Source of the DNA: Camelus dromedarius
Lineage: Eukaryota
Length of the DNA: 64,000 bases
Direction: 5' to 3'
Assembly: GCF_036321535.1 (NCBI RefSeq)
Contig: NC_087436.1
Location: forward strand, 87,360,001-87,424,000
This document shows, piece after piece, positions 12,063-26,059 of this stretch (the first letter of the stretch is position 1; each line of letters begins with the position of its first letter). Position numbers and translations under genes: made by a program. The notes under the pieces are model-generated. The model saw only the letters and a program-made list of their open reading frames with translations. It was not told the origin of the DNA and did no database searches.

Positions 12063-14259
12063 CCTTCCTTCTTCGTCTACTTGAAACCTAGGCAGAACTA
12101 TATCTTGGTGTCCAGTTTAAGGCTGCAGGCTGGCTGGGAACCGTTCATCCCAGAACCCGTGTTTTCCTTTCTCCAAATACTGCTTGGATAGCAGGAGGCA
12201 TAAATCTACAAAAGCACCTGTGTTCCCAAGGTTCATTTGTTCACTGCGTAAATCAGCCCATGAAAGACAGCCACGATGAGTCTGTGGTGGAGCTGGAGGG
12301 ATCAGCTTCCCGTGAGGAACTGGCAACTTGCTTCTTTCTACTTCTAGGAGCCCAGCGGTGGAACAGGCAATGACCGTGTGCAGAGAAGGACTTCAGAATG
12401 GTATTCTTCCAGCTTCTGGTAGATCTGATGAACCACAAAGCCTCTAACATTTCAGCTTTGCTTTAGGGGCTCAACTAAGAAATACTTGCTTCATAGACGT
12501 TCTTCACCAACATTTAAGCCCTAGATGTTTGGGTTTTTTAAATTATTTGTTTCCTTGTTTTTGGAACCTAAGAGGCTCTAACCCATTTCCTCATTTCACA
12601 GAGGGAAAATGTAACACATCTCACAAGACCCAGAATTTCAAAATGGAAATAGAAATCTGTTGTCTTGATCCCCATTCACACACGACTCCTGAATACAAAT
12701 CATCTGGATCCTCTGTGAAAACAGATCCGGGCACATGCTTAGTCCCTAAATATTGACTCACCGACTGACTGTAATGTCGCTGACTCACTCGCAAGCTATG
12801 TGGTACTTTCAGAGGCAGGAAGAAAAGTCTCCCAGTAGAGGTGTGTAGGTAAACAGAAGGCATTTCATTCTATGACATTGTCTTTGCTTCTTGGGCATTT
12901 TAAATGGTGCCCGTGGGAGAGCAAAAAATATCCTAGAACACAGGAAGGAGCTCAGCACCTTGGTGCTGATTGTAACCACAGGACGTCCCTTCCAGTCGGC
13001 TTCAGACACTTGTTTGCCAGCTTCTTTTGAGGTGCTCCTGATATACTTGTTATTAATATTTAAGTCACTAAATTAATTGTCATGCACCCCAAACAAAACT
13101 GCAGTTTTCACATGCTTGTGTGAAATAAATGTTTCTCAAGGATGCTAATATCTATTCATCGAACCAAAAGACATTTCCCAGCTCCTGAACAACAACTTCT
13201 AAAGAAAAGTATATACTGAATGTGAAAACCCGAGTCTTAAGAGTCAAATGACTCAGTGGGTCCTCTGGAGATTACTTGGAGCCAGCACAGGGCATTTGTT
13301 TTTCGCCCGCTTATTTGAGAGTTCTGTGTGCTGAACAGAGTCTAAGGCAGCTTAATAACTGGGTGCAGAATAACCATCAAATTGCGGAGAGCTGTCCTTT
13401 GTCACGTCATGGCCATGCTGAGCAAAGAATAGAAATCCTTAACGTGCACAAAGAGGAAAACACACACACACACACAATCACCAATGATCACTCACTTTAC
13501 CTGAGAGCGGGTGGATGGTGGCGAAGGCATGGCCACCAGAATGTCAGATTAGCTGCTCACTAACCTCTGTGAGGCTGAGGTCTGTGTAAGAGTGAAGCCA
13601 GTGTTAACTTAGCTCTTAGGGCTGCTGTGAGGAGAAAGATGAGATCATTTATGTAAACCTCTGTGGAGTGCTGGGGAGGACACAAGGAAGCTGGTCTCAC
13701 TCCTTCCATCAACTTCCCAAAGCAAAAATTTTTTCTTATTGTTGAAGACATGATTAGACTCTTGAAAGTGTGAGAAATCAGTTACACAAATTGGAAGGCA
13801 TATGTTGAGGTTCTGTTTTTTTTTTCCTGATGGAAGAGAAATACACACTTTCACGTTTCCACAGATACCGGTGCCTCAGTCCTGCCATCACTTCCCAGAT
13901 GGCGTTCTGTGTGCCTGCCTGCGACAATTTGTGTATTTATATGGGCTTTTCACAAAACTTGTGGTATCAAAGTTCTTCTTTTTCAGTTCCTTGACTTCTT
14001 GACCATGAAGCATTTATATGATCATTTATGGTTTCTTTCTTGCTAATATAAAGTAAAAAATGTAAAGACAAAGGTATTTTACCAGGCATCTGTCCTCATC
14101 TCTCAGCAGCTTTGCTGTGTGATCAGACCCTGCCAGTTTGTCTCTCATCCTCCCTCTTTCCTCTCTTCTCTCTTGTCACTGTCCCTTCCCTCACCCCATC
14201 ACTCCTAAGATACAGGAGTCCCCAGTGTTCCAGGTGTGCAGAAACCATCTTTTCCTAGG

Positions 14260-14765
14260 ACAGTGTTCCCAAACTGTGCAATATGATTTTAGGTGACATA
14301 CAGATGCTCCATTAAATGGCATTTTATCACATACTGAGAAAAACATTCCCTTTCAATTCTCTTTAATGCTTTTGATTTCATGAAGGGAGAGTATATAGTT
14401 TAGCACTATTTTGCCTTTAACACGTCTCTAACGCTTTCAGTCTTCATTTTTAAACACAGAAAGAGCAGATCACAGGTTCAGAACCTTGGACCCATTAGGA
14501 ATTTAACCGAAAAGTTTTGTTTTTGCAGTGTTGAATTTTTCTAGTGTTTCCAATTTGTGTCAAAGAGAGACTGGTTTTCACTTATAATAAGAAAATCAAG
14601 TTTCCTTTTAAAAAGAAATTTCTCATTAATAATAATAAATAAAAACCTTTTAAAAATGATATTCCTTGAATTTAAAAAGTGAGTGATTTAAAGAAGCAAA
14701 CAATAGTGCAGATAATACACGAATATGTCAAAACTGTAAGGGTGGAACTTGTAATGGCTTAAGTT
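14260..14765. mobile_element. Probable hAT-Charlie DNA transposon remnant
   Basis: Begins with the Charlie-type terminus cagtgttcccaaact and has an AT-rich body. Family not resolved. Confidence 0.4.
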
Positions 14766-14894
14766 TGCCCTTATGTTCAGGACCGTCGAAAGAAGCTAAA
14801 CATGTCAGGGATGGTCGAGTAGGTGCTACTCAGAACATACTGATTTTCTCTAAAGAAGCATGGAGGCCATTGCTTCTTCTTCTTCCACTGATAC

Positions 14895-15032
14895 CCACCA
14901 GCACCATCACCACCACCATCACCACCATGATCATCAACACTCCCCCTCCATTATCACTTGGTCCATGACCCCATCACCATCATTAATGCCTGTCAACATC
15001 TCACCACCTTCATCACCCTCACCCCACCCCCA
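14895..15032. repeat. Degenerate (CAC/CAT)n low-complexity repeat
   Basis: caccagcaccatcaccaccaccatcaccaccatgatcatc... Confidence 0.85.
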
Positions 15033-15284
15033 CATATGGCCCAGGTCTTTACCACCTTGAGCCTCAATTACTGTAACCACCTCCTACCTGGGGTCCACGC
15101 CTCTTGTCTGTCTTAATTCTAGTTCACCCGGCACAGACATACAACCCTCTTTCATTCCACTGATTTCTTACTGTGGAACTGACGATGCTTCCCACTTATC
15201 TACCTTGCCACGTCCAAATTCTTCTGCCTGTTTTTCATGACTTCCCCCTCTCTCTTTCATCTTTCTTCTTTTCCATTTTGTCTA

Positions 15285-16372
15285 TAGAGGATGGTAACCT
15301 GAATAAAGGAAAAAAGAAAATACTTCAACTGAAATATTTATACATTTCAATATTAAAAAAAATAGAATAGAGAATATCCTCTGTTTACCACAGTTGGCTC
15401 CACAGTTACCAACCACCTCAGCATCTAACGAGAGAAAATATTCTTAATTTAAAATATCATGGTCTCAGAAAAGAGTTAATTGAAAGTGTCAATATTTTTA
15501 AATGTATTAATTATTGTATCAGTTAGCTATTACTACAGCAATGCTGGGTAACTCAGCAACACAAAATCTCAGTGGCATGTAACAATACATGTTTATTGTT
15601 CACAGGTCTGGGGTGGTCAGCGAGGGGCTCTGCTGAACTGGGCTGGCCTTGTATCATTGTTGGTGGCTGTTCAGATCTAGGCTGGCCTCAGCAGGCACGA
15701 CCTCTGCTCTGCAGCCCTGTCCCTTATTCCTGGCAGGTAGCCTGGGTGTGTTCTCATAGTAGGCTGTTCACGACTCTGCTTGCAGAACATTTGTTATCAT
15801 CCCAAGGGTCTAAGGAAGTCATACGGCTGGTCCTGTAGTCAGAGTGGGAGGGCTTGGTGAAGTTACCTGATGAAGAGCACGGATACAGGGAGGAACAGTA
15901 AACTGGGGCCATTCTGCAATCTACCGGGAGCTTAAAATGCATTTTTGAAACAGATTTCAGGCTATGGTTTTGGAAAAATTTAAAGCCAGATTGTAGCAAA
16001 TACACTCTTTAAAAATACCAATGATGAGATATTAGATATACAGCGACTGATTAAACTGGATTAATACGTACCAAAGCATGAGAGTAGCTGTCAAACTAAT
16101 CACTGTTTATGGTATTTTTAAGTAATCAAATAAATACAAATATAAAGAAGTTCCTTATGTTGCTTTAATGTACAGAAAGACAGTATTTTTAGTTTTTAAG
16201 AATGATTTTTAAGATAATTTTAAACCTATGTTATAGGCTTACTAATACAATAAAACTGTTGGTTGGTTAACAAATAACTATTTCAAAGGTTAAGTAATTT
16301 AAACTATTTTTGGTACCCTTTTTTATTTTCAAATAATGTTTCAGTTTGGATGATAAATTACACAGACACCAC
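15285..16372. mobile_element. hAT-Blackjack-like transposon remnant split by an MLT1 LTR
   Basis: AT-rich body ending tttggatgataaattacacagacaccacc, similar to the recalled Blackjack end. Confidence 0.45.
15515..15925 (-). mobile_element. MLT1 (MaLR) LTR
   Basis: tgtatcagttagctattactacagcaatgctgggtaac...aaaatctcagtggc...tttattgttcacaggtctg...ggggccattctgcaatctacc. Confidence 0.8.
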
Positions 16373-18039
16373 CCATATTCCCATCAATAGAGACAGCCAC
16401 TGTTAACAGTTTGGGAATACATCCTTTCATTATTATACTTAATGGTGTTTCTTTAAGAAACTGGGGATGACCTGTTTTTAACAGTTAATATGTTTTATTG
16501 CACACATTCGTCTATGCCATTAAATGTTTCTCTAAAAGCTCCAGACTTTTAATAGCTTCAAAGTGTGTAGTTATGGACTTTCCATGATGTATTGGACCGA
16601 ATCCTTACTGTCAGCTATTTTTGCTGTTTCCATTTTTTCATTATAATGAAATTCTTGTACCCGAACAGGGATCACATCATTTACCTGTTTCTTATTTCCT
16701 CACCTTGCAGGAGACGAAACAGTCACCGCTCCAGGAAAGCCTAAGAGAAAACAAGGGCATTCCAAAATGTCACTTTAAATGGGGACCTTGCATTGTTGAA
16801 AATTAAAAAAAATTCCTTTGGATGTGATGACCTTGTTTCTTTTTCTAAACAGAGAGCAAAGAGAAATAGCACAGCAGCAAGACAACATGACTTTGCCCTT
16901 TCAGAAACCGGGAGATATTTATTTCCAAAGTCTCATGAATGCTACGATTTTGAATTGGAAAGCTTTCAGCACCCTGCTTAACCCCAGTAGCCTCGGGCAG
17001 CAGGTCAATAGCTTGATGAAGTGACAGCCTCTGGCCCCAACTATCTGCACCAGTGGAGATTGGAAACATGACCTGGGACTACTTTAGAGAAGTAACTTAT
17101 TTTTCTTTGGTAGGAAGCTGGGGCAAGGGTGGTGAGAAGACACTGCCCTAAATATGATATAATCCAGCTGTCCAAACATGTATAATTCAATTCAGACAGC
17201 CAGCCAGTCCCCCAAATCCAGATGTTTGCCATCATGCAATCTCAGATTATCTTTCCTTTTATCGAACGTAATTTGTCCTAATCATGTTTGTCAAAGACTT
17301 GCATTTGCTTTTAATTAGAAGACATCTATTTTGCTTCAGCTGGGCCCTCCTCAGCATAGGGACACAACCTCCATTATTAATACACTTTAAATCATCACTG
17401 CCCTCTGCCTTCTGACAAATCACTGAGGTTTTCATTCCATCTCAGAGTTCAAATATAAGACAATTCAAGACTACACTAGCACTAAATATTTGCTGAATAC
17501 TGGTATTTGTTAGAACATGAAAAATTCCTTCCCACATATACATTCTCCAACCAGAGTTCTCCCAATGGCAGTGATCCCTTAATATTTGCATATCTTTGTG
17601 TTTAGAAATCTCCAACAGTTATGTCTCATAGTGACACCTGCTTTCAAAGTCTGATCAGATGTGTGATCTTGCGTAGATTATTAACAATGTCTCTGAGCTT
17701 AATTTCCTTACCTGAAAATTAGACGATAATACAATGTTATTGTGAGGATTAAATATCACAAAATATTTCAAACACCCAGAAAATTGCTTAATATATACTA
17801 TGTATACAAATACATGTTGATTTCTTACATTCCCTTAAAAAAAATCTCTAGATGGGAGTCTGACTTTTCTAAATGCTTATCTGATCCTATTTCCAGGAGA
17901 CTGAAGTAGACTTTCAATGAGATTAGTTTTCTTTCCTTTTTTTTTTGTTAACTGATGGACTTCAGCCCAAATAAAATTTTTTTTCTGGTATTTTTCTATA
18001 CCTTTTTCTTTTTTTTCATGTCGTATTTTTATTCTATTT

Positions 18040-18145
18040 AGTTCTTGTTTTATTGAAGTATTGTCAGTTTACAATGTGTCCATTTCTGGTGTACAGCACA
18101 ATACTTCAGTCATATAGGAATATATATATATTGGTTTTTGTATTC
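18040..18145 (-). mobile_element. Short LINE-1 3' end
   Basis: ttttattgaagtattgtcagtttacaatgtgtccatttctggtgtacagca. Confidence 0.8.
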
Positions 18146-18619
18146 CAGGTGTCAGAAGAATGATTGAAACATGAGTGAGGTGAGAGGTGTGAACATTCTT
18201 CTGCATGGGAAATTTATCTCTTCTCCCCAGTAACCACACACTATGTCATCTATCAGATGTTTTTGGCAAATATCATTGGAGATTTTGGCGGGAGGGGTCT
18301 CTGTAGTTCACAGAATTTCTCTGTGTCCTCAAGAGTTTGCTTGTCTTAGTCTTGCTCGGACATGTCCGTTTGCTTTCAGATTTCTGGAGCTCCTTGGTTA
18401 CTAGTTCATACTCAGGTATCAGTCAATAGACGAGAGGGCTTGGGGCTCTGTCTATGGGAGCTGAACTTGTCGGCTAACTGATTCCACTCTAGGGTGAGAA
18501 GGGAGCTGTCCCTTATGTCCGGGGCTTCTCCAAACATCAGAAGGCAGAGAATTTATCTGAGATACCAACACTCATGCCAGCTGGTTATTCCTGGTTATTC
18601 CAAGGCAGCTATGTGGTCT

Positions 18620-18866
18620 TTCTCTCTCTCTTTTTTTAATTGAAGTATAGTTGATTTACAAGGTTGTGTTAGTTTCTGGTATATAGCATTGTAATTCAGT
18701 TATACATATATATGTTCTTTTTCATATTATTTTCCATTATAGTTTATTACAAGGAATTGAATATAGTTCCCTGTGCTGTACAGTAGGACCTCTTGTTTAT
18801 CTATTTTATATGTAGTAGTTTTTATCTGCTAATCCCAAACTCCTACCTTATCCCTCTTACCCTCCT
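18620..18866 (-). mobile_element. 5'-truncated LINE-1 3'UTR with TSD
   Basis: ttttaattgaagtatagttgatttacaa. TSD tatgtggtct at 18610-18619 and 18867-18876. Confidence 0.9.
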
Positions 18867-19359
18867 TATGTGGTCTCTTTAAAGTCCCTCTCTAACTGTG
18901 GGGGTTGGGAAGCTGAACTCCTGACTCTGGTTGTTCTGAGCACAGAAGTTGGTGGGGGGAGTCACTGGTGGGCATTTTGCTCCATAGGCTGATTATTAAA
19001 TCACACCTTTATTTTGTACCTCACTACTCACTCCTGGCCTCCACTGTATCTTTCCAAGGCTGGTGTGTCCTCAGGACCCCAGTAGGCAGAATCTCAAAGA
19101 CACTGCAGCCTCCCTCCTTAAGGCGCCTGCTGGGCTGGGTGCTGCGTGGTCCACTCTGCTTCCTCAGTCAGCATCCTTCCACCTGCTTCCTATCTCCTGG
19201 GAACTCACCGAGATCACACATACTCTGATGGGCCCCTCCTGTCCTGGCTGTCATCCCTTCTGTCACTTTAATGTGACCACAGGAGGGAGAGGAGATAAAC
19301 ATTATGTTCAGTCTGTCACATTGAACACTGCCCTATTTGTTTTAATTATGGAAACGTGG

Positions 19360-19725
19360 CGACTTGATTAAGGTAGGCTGAACTGCTGTACCAAATTGAT
19401 CCTGAAGTATGTACTGCATAATAGAAATTTATTTCACACTAGTACGATAGTCCGAGGTTTCCGGGGGTGGCTCTCCATAAAGCTGTGATCTAGGGACTCA
19501 GGCTCGTCCTGTCTTGTGGTTTCGCCATTCCCTGGGGCCTCATTGGTCTCTGTACCTGCCCAGCAGAAGAGGAAAGGGAGTGCGTGCTTCTTAAAAGCTC
19601 TGAGCCAGCAGTACGCACATGGCATTTCTGCACATTCTGTTGATGAGAACTGGTCTTATACCTGCTTAGATACAAGGAGAATGGACAATGCAGTCCTTAA
19701 CTAGGCAGCCCCTCCTCAGCTATAC
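19360..19725 (-). mobile_element. Old MLT1 (MaLR) LTR
   Basis: aggtaggctgaactgctgtaccaaat...aatagaaatttatttc...catttctgcacattctgttgatgagaactggtc. Confidence 0.65.
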
Positions 19726-20695
19726 CTCTGTGTGATGAAGAGAAGATGGATCTGGTTGTACATCTGGGCTCCTTTGCCGAACATGTGCGGGGCCCAGACT
19801 GGAGGTGAGATGCCATGGTAAGAACTGGGCAGAGTTAAGCTTTGCTCAATGACAATCAATGGTCTTTATAATAGCAGTGTGGTGGGATTCCTTCACACCT
19901 GCATATTCCCCAAATTTCCACCTCACAGCTCATTGAGCTACCCTGACAATGTTCATTTAATTAAATCTCTGTGTCAGGCATTGTGCTGGGTGATTTGCAC
20001 GCAACCCAGACAACACAGGCTCTCCCTGAATCACAACAAAATCTGTTTCTCTCTATTTATGAAATTTGGGTTCACCATGAGAAAGACATAGTACTCAGGG
20101 ATCGTTTCAAAGGAGTAATTCGGCATAAAGTTTTTGCTCACCTACTAAGTGCTGGACGCAATGCTCAGTCTTAGGAACACAGAGATGGGGAAGGCTCCAT
20201 GCCTAAGTTTCAGGAGCTCAGTTTTCTCTAAAATGCCAACAGTCATGATATGTTGTGATGAATGCTATGGGGGAGGCAGAGGAGGGAGACTTTCCTCTGC
20301 CTAGAGGGACAGGGTGGGCTGGGAGGAGGGTGTCAGAGAAGGTGTCACAAAGGAGGTGTCTAGCATTTGAACAGGGTCTTGAAGGATGGTTAAGAAGTTG
20401 CCAGAGAGAGAGGAGGAGAACGATTGTGGGCAGCAGGACTAATGTACAAGGGTCAAGAGTCCTGGGCTGTCCTGGGAGTGATGGCTGACCCGTGGGGCAC
20501 CCTCAGAAGGAGAGGCTGGAAAGGTGAGGTGGCAGGAGGAGGAGGACAGGAGCCATCACCAGCCCATAATCCATTTCCTGCTAGAACCTTCAGTGTCAGG
20601 CTGCCTCCCTGTTCTAACCAGTAGATCCCAGAGCCACCTCCCTCACCAGCAATTTTAGCCTCCTCGGGGAATGGCGCAGATAGCTTCCTCCAGAC

Positions 20696-20905
20696 CAAGG
20701 TTTCTCCACCTCAGATCTGCTGACATTTGGGCCAGATCATTCTTTCTTGGGGCCCGTCCTGGACACTGTGAAACACTTAGCAGCACCCCTGGCCCCAACC
20801 CACTAGATACTGGTAGCACCGCCCACAGTGTGACAATTGAAAATATGTCCCTAGATGTTGCCAAATGTCCCCTGGGAGGCAGAAGAGTCTGGCTGAGAAC
20901 CACTG
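20696..20905 (-). mobile_element. MER20 (hAT-Charlie)
   Basis: ggtttctccacctcag...gacatttgggccagat...gccaaatgtcccctggg...gagaaccactg. Confidence 0.9.
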
Positions 20906-22159
20906 CTTTAGACAGATGTCACCTTTCCTTTATCATCGACTGTAGAATTAAGTATGATATTTTGCATACAGTAGGTCTACGTGGGTTTGAGGACAGCTCT
21001 CCTTTGAGCCAAAGTGCCTTATTCCATTAACCAGCAGACCTGCTCTGGCTCAGAGTAGTGTTATGAAGAGCAGCCAATATATAATAGTCCTTCACATTAC
21101 GGTTGCCTTTAAAATGTCTGTTTCCTGCAGGAAGTCAAAAGTTAGCCTTGCAGGCATTCAGTGTACATTTATTTTCTTAAATGGAAGGGTAAGTCACCTT
21201 TTGAAAATACACTGATGGAGATCCAAGTAGATTAAAAATGATTTTTGAATGCCCTTTTTATCTTTTCTGGCTAGAATTATCTCGTCACGCTTTCTGACCT
21301 ACCCCTTAAAAGAATAATACTTCATTCACTTACAGACACCCCTGCCATCCATCTGGGGAAAGTATCCGCCAGGCTCCTACATTTTCTCAACTAACTGGAC
21401 TCTCCTGCCTGCACGTCTGGCATCTAAAACATATGGATCACTTTTTAATCAACAGCCCAGAATAACATCACTTCAAGCACTTGTCAAAGAACTCATCCAA
21501 GAACTGACTGCCATTCAGCATTTGCCAAGAGTGTGATGGCAACATCTGATTTTTCAGATAGTCTAAATGGCTATGAACTCCCCAGTCCTCTTAATTCTCT
21601 AAGTTTTATCCCTGTACAGAATCAGCTCATTAGAAAAACAACAGGTCTGGGCTCTACTATTTGAGCTTTTCACAGAAGTGCTTTTGGTGGGGAAAAAGTT
21701 GTGATTTCACTTTTTTTTTTTTTCCGGTAGAGGGAAATATAAAAAATACCCATCTGTGGGAAAAAATCTGTCTTTTGCAAAATCATAGTTAAAGCTGTTG
21801 CCAACTATAATCCAGTGTCTGCTTCCTAAGAGTGAACCGAGTTCTGGCTCCGGCAACAAGGCAGGAAAAGTTAGAATGTGTCTTTGGACTGAACATGGGT
21901 GGTTCCAAGCCCAGGACCAGGGATGGCCAGAGGGAAAGGTCCACGTCCCCCCAGGTTGCTAGGATGACTGTGTGAAAAGGAATGAAGCATGTTCTGGGGC
22001 CACAAAGCACACTTGGAGGCTGGACTGCGAGTGGAGACATCTTTCATGCCTTCAGAATTAATTCCTTTGAACACAAGTGAGCCCTCAGATGTATCCTCGG
22101 AGGAAAGAAAAACATTTTCATTCTAAGTGAGATGGGGGACCTGGACATGTAATTTCAGT

Positions 22160-22703
22160 TGAGATACTGAATATACAAATGGACAAGAGCCAGGCCATTT
22201 ATAAGAACAGAACTCTGACCCACCACCTGCAGCAACCTGCCCGGGAAAGCAACTCATCACTGAGACTCAACAGCCCTGGAAGCCAGCCTGCTGTAAGTCA
22301 GACTTGTAGGAAGTCAGATGGCTATCTCTAGGAACAAACAGGAAAGCCAAACAGTAACTTCTGTAACAATCTGCCCCAAATCGCCAGGACTCGATTAATA
22401 ACTGACAGCTTTGATTTTTGTCCCTGCTTTCAACTTGGGGCCAATCAGAGAAAGCCAGATATGCACTCCTATCCAATCACATAGGATGTGTGCTTTGTTA
22501 ACCCGCCTCCAGCTTCCTCGCACCAACAGCCTCCAGTCAGGGCACACCTGAAGCCTTCCCTTTTCCCACTACAAAACTTTCCCACTCCTCTGCCTTTGAG
22601 TCTCTGCCAAAACGTAAATGGTGGTGGCTGACCGCCTTTCTAGAGCAAGCTCTGAATAAATCTTTGCTTGTTCTCATTGGGTTGGTCTTTGTTTATTTCC
22701 ACA
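22160..22703 (+). mobile_element. Full-length ERV1 solo LTR (MER89/MER90-like)
   Basis: TG...CA termini, two CCAAT boxes (ccaatcag, ccaatcac), degenerate TATA (tacaaaa) and AATAAA near 22655. Body matches the recalled consensus. Confidence 0.8.
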
Positions 22704-24524
22704 GAATGTTGAAAATTATGTCACCTAATTTTGAACCCCAAGCCAGTCAAATGTGACAGAGCAATACTGATGGGGCAGCGTGCATGTGGCATGGCCCCAC
22801 CCCCTCTGTGCCTGTGCACCCAGTTCCTTCTGTCTGGAGAGGTTCCGTCCCTTCTCTTCCCCCCCTGGAGAAATCCCACCCATCCTCCTGGGCCCAGCAC
22901 GAGTGTCCCTGCATCTGTGGGGCCTTCCCTGTCTATCATCAGCAAAATCTTAGGAATTCAGTTCTTCCTCCACCTGAGAATGATCACAGCAGCCCAATGA
23001 TCGTCGTCTGTAGGAAATAAACCAATATTTCCCATGTGTTATCTATTTCCTGCGTGTTGCTTACACGTGGCACCTCACTAAATCCTCTCTTAATGCTGTG
23101 AGATAGCAGTTCCTCCCTCCACTTCACAGATGATGAAAGTAAGACCTTAACTCATCATATAAGACCGAGGGTGTGTCTGTCTTTCCCAATTAGACTTTGA
23201 ATTCCTTGGTAAGATTCTTATGCATTTTAACTCTTCATGCAGAGCAAATTGCTGGAGACATGAAAGATGTTGCAAAAGGCGTGGTGAGTGAGTAAATGAA
23301 TGAGTGAATGCCTACAGAGCAGGAAAAGTGAATTTGTTTACAAGCCTAGTCTGGCTTAAAGAATTAATTATTCAAAGCGTGGGCCATATGGTTCCTATAG
23401 GTAAAGAGATATGAGTCAGCCTTTTTCTTTTACCCAGACCCAGTTTCTCTGGACAGGAAATCAATCACTGTAAAATTCCTGGAGGAGGCTGCAAGAGTTT
23501 CTAGCTCTGGCTACGTAGGTTTGGGGGCTTTGATGTCTGTGAGGCACGTATTGAAGATTTACTGGCAGCGGTAGCTTCCTGCTTCAGTGAGAAGACGCAT
23601 GTCAGCAGGTGATCTGTAACCGTGCCTAAACAGCAGAAGAGGAATTTTCTCTTGTAAGCAGTGTATACAAGAGTGTATCATTTCGCCCAGCCTTAGGGAG
23701 TCCACATCTTTGGTACTTCTGGTTTACTTAATTATTTTAAACATTTTTGTTGGAAAGTTGTCATAGCAACAGCATCCACAAATATTTTGAAGGGACAAAT
23801 TCTATTTCCAGCACCCTCGAGTAATGTTTCATTTTTGCCCATTATCTCCCCATGCTCATCCACACATAAACATTTCATATGCTTGCAACCACAAAGCAAT
23901 GTCTGTTTTGTATTCTGGCATTTCATTTAACATTACATCAAAAACATTTTTCTGTTTCCAAAGCCTTCATGTTTAAAAATATCAATGGCTGCACAATATT
24001 CCATGACTTAAACTCTTCCCACATTGTGGTGCAATTATTCACTTCTCATATTTTTACCGTCTTTTAGGTGATGTTGCAGAAAGCATCTTCTTGCATAGTG
24101 TTTTTGCTTTCTGATGAACATTTCCTTAGAATAAATTCTTAGCAATAGAATTTCTGACATCTTTGTGGCTTCTGCTACATTGTACAGTGTTGAAGCACTT
24201 CTGCTAATTTACAGAACCAGATGGCAGCTTGAGGAGGATGCTTTGCTACAAACCCTGTGCAGATCTCCCCTGAGAAGAGGGGCTGGACAATCCAGGGACA
24301 CAGCATCTCCTTAAAAAGAATTAAACAGCGTTTGGCCATGTAGCTACGTGGGCTGCCCATGTAGGAAAAATTAACATCAAAGCTGCCTTTATTAGAATTT
24401 TCTGAAGCAAAACTATTCTGTTCTGGATATGTGAATGCTCGTAATGGTCAGAGAGGGGTTTCCTTTTATCCCCTCCTGAATTTTGCATCTCCTACATCTA
24501 CGTGTGGCTGTAAAACCAGAGGCT

Positions 24525-24820
24525 GTTTTTTTTAAATTTTATTTTTTGTTGAAGTGTAGTTGATTTACAGTGTTAGTTTCAGGTGTTCAACAAAGTGATT
24601 CAGTTATACATATACATACTTTTCCATTATATGTTATTACAAGAAATTGAATATTGTTCCCTGTGCTATACAGTAGGCCCTTATTGTTTATTCTATATAT
24701 TTTATTTATAGAAGTGTGTATCTATTAATCACCAACCCCTAATTTATTCCTCCCCCGCCCTTTCCCCTTTGGTATACATAGTTTGTTTTCTATGTCTGTG
24801 AGTCTGTTTTGGTTTGTTAA
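24525..24820 (-). mobile_element. 5'-truncated LINE-1 3'UTR
   Basis: Poly-T, ttgaagtgtagttgatttaca, gttccctgtgctatacagtagg. Confidence 0.9.
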
Positions 24821-26059
24821 TTAGAGACTGGCTTTTAATAAACACACTGGAATTCCTACATGCAAACAAGGGCCATATTTCAATGGTCTTTCCATAGGAA
24901 CCTCTTATGTAATTGGTAAAGACATGAAACCTTTTTTAAAGAACTGCATTCACATCCAATTTTTAAACTACAAAAGGGAGTTTAGGCTCACTTCATCTTT
25001 TTCTTTACCGCAAGAGGTAACCACACAGCTTGATGACTCAGCAGTGAAAAGTAGCCTGGGCTGGCAAGTCCACTTCATAACCATCATCATAGCTGCCCCC
25101 CCAGGAGCTCTCACTGTGTGACAGGTTCAGTGCTAAGTCTCAGTGAATCCACACAGCTGCTGCTGAGAGAGAGCTGCTACTAGTACACCCATTTCATAGA
25201 TCAGGAAACTGAGGCTTGAGAGCACGAGAGAAGTGCTCTGTTATATAGCAGGGCAGTGGCCGGTGTTGAAATTCAGGCCTGCTGGACTACAAAACTGGAG
25301 AATTTGATCGCTCATCAAAGCGTGTGGTGAATAAATCTCCCTAACAGCAAGACTGCACAGTGGAAGAGCTTCCTGAATTAAAGGTGATGGTTAAGTGGCA
25401 GGGACTCAGGTGTGTGGGCACAGGAAGGACAGGGATTCAGAGCCCAGCACTCAGGCAGGGACACTTGGGTCATGAGTCTGGAGGAGTAACTTTGTTATTC
25501 TCATCTACTTACCATAAGGGCCTGAGCTCTGCTCGTGAACCCCAGCCCTAGAAAAACCTTCCAGACGATGCCCACTTTCCATCACCATGTTGTAGCCTCT
25601 GTTGGAATCCCACCATTTCGTCCTAGAAGCCTACTGTAGGTCATCGCGAAATCTTAATACTTCTTACCTTGTCCTTAGACACCATCCACCACTTGCTCAG
25701 CCACTAATCTACCGAGTCCCCCTCCTAGCCCTGCCTCAAGTCAGATCCTGGCTTCCTCCTCCTCATCTGCCCCTCTTATAGCTGGGAGGCATCATGGCTT
25801 ATTTCCAAAAGACGGCAAGGTGCTAAGTCCTAATGAGACTTGCCTACCTGGTCAGCTCTCTTTTGTCAGTCATACCTGTACCAACCTTTGGGCCATTCTG
25901 TTTGACAAAGATCCTTGTACTAGATCTGGCCCCTCCCCTCTCACCTGCCCCACATTGTTTCCCTCCCCTCAAGAACCTCATCCTCATATCCCAGTCCTGA
26001 GATATGGCACAAGAAACTGGAAAAAAAAATTGGAGACAGAAAACTGGGACATAGCCAGG

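Noticed and set aside
12348..12400. Plus-strand exon-like segment (ttctttctacttctag|GAG...ATG|gtattc)
   Set aside because: Weak donor, unrecognised peptide and no partner exons. The plus-strand acceptor-like sites at 16.7-16.85 kb were rejected for the same lack of support.
14860..15060. Poly-His ORF
   Set aside because: It arises from a (CAC/CAT)n low-complexity repeat and has no splice or homology support.
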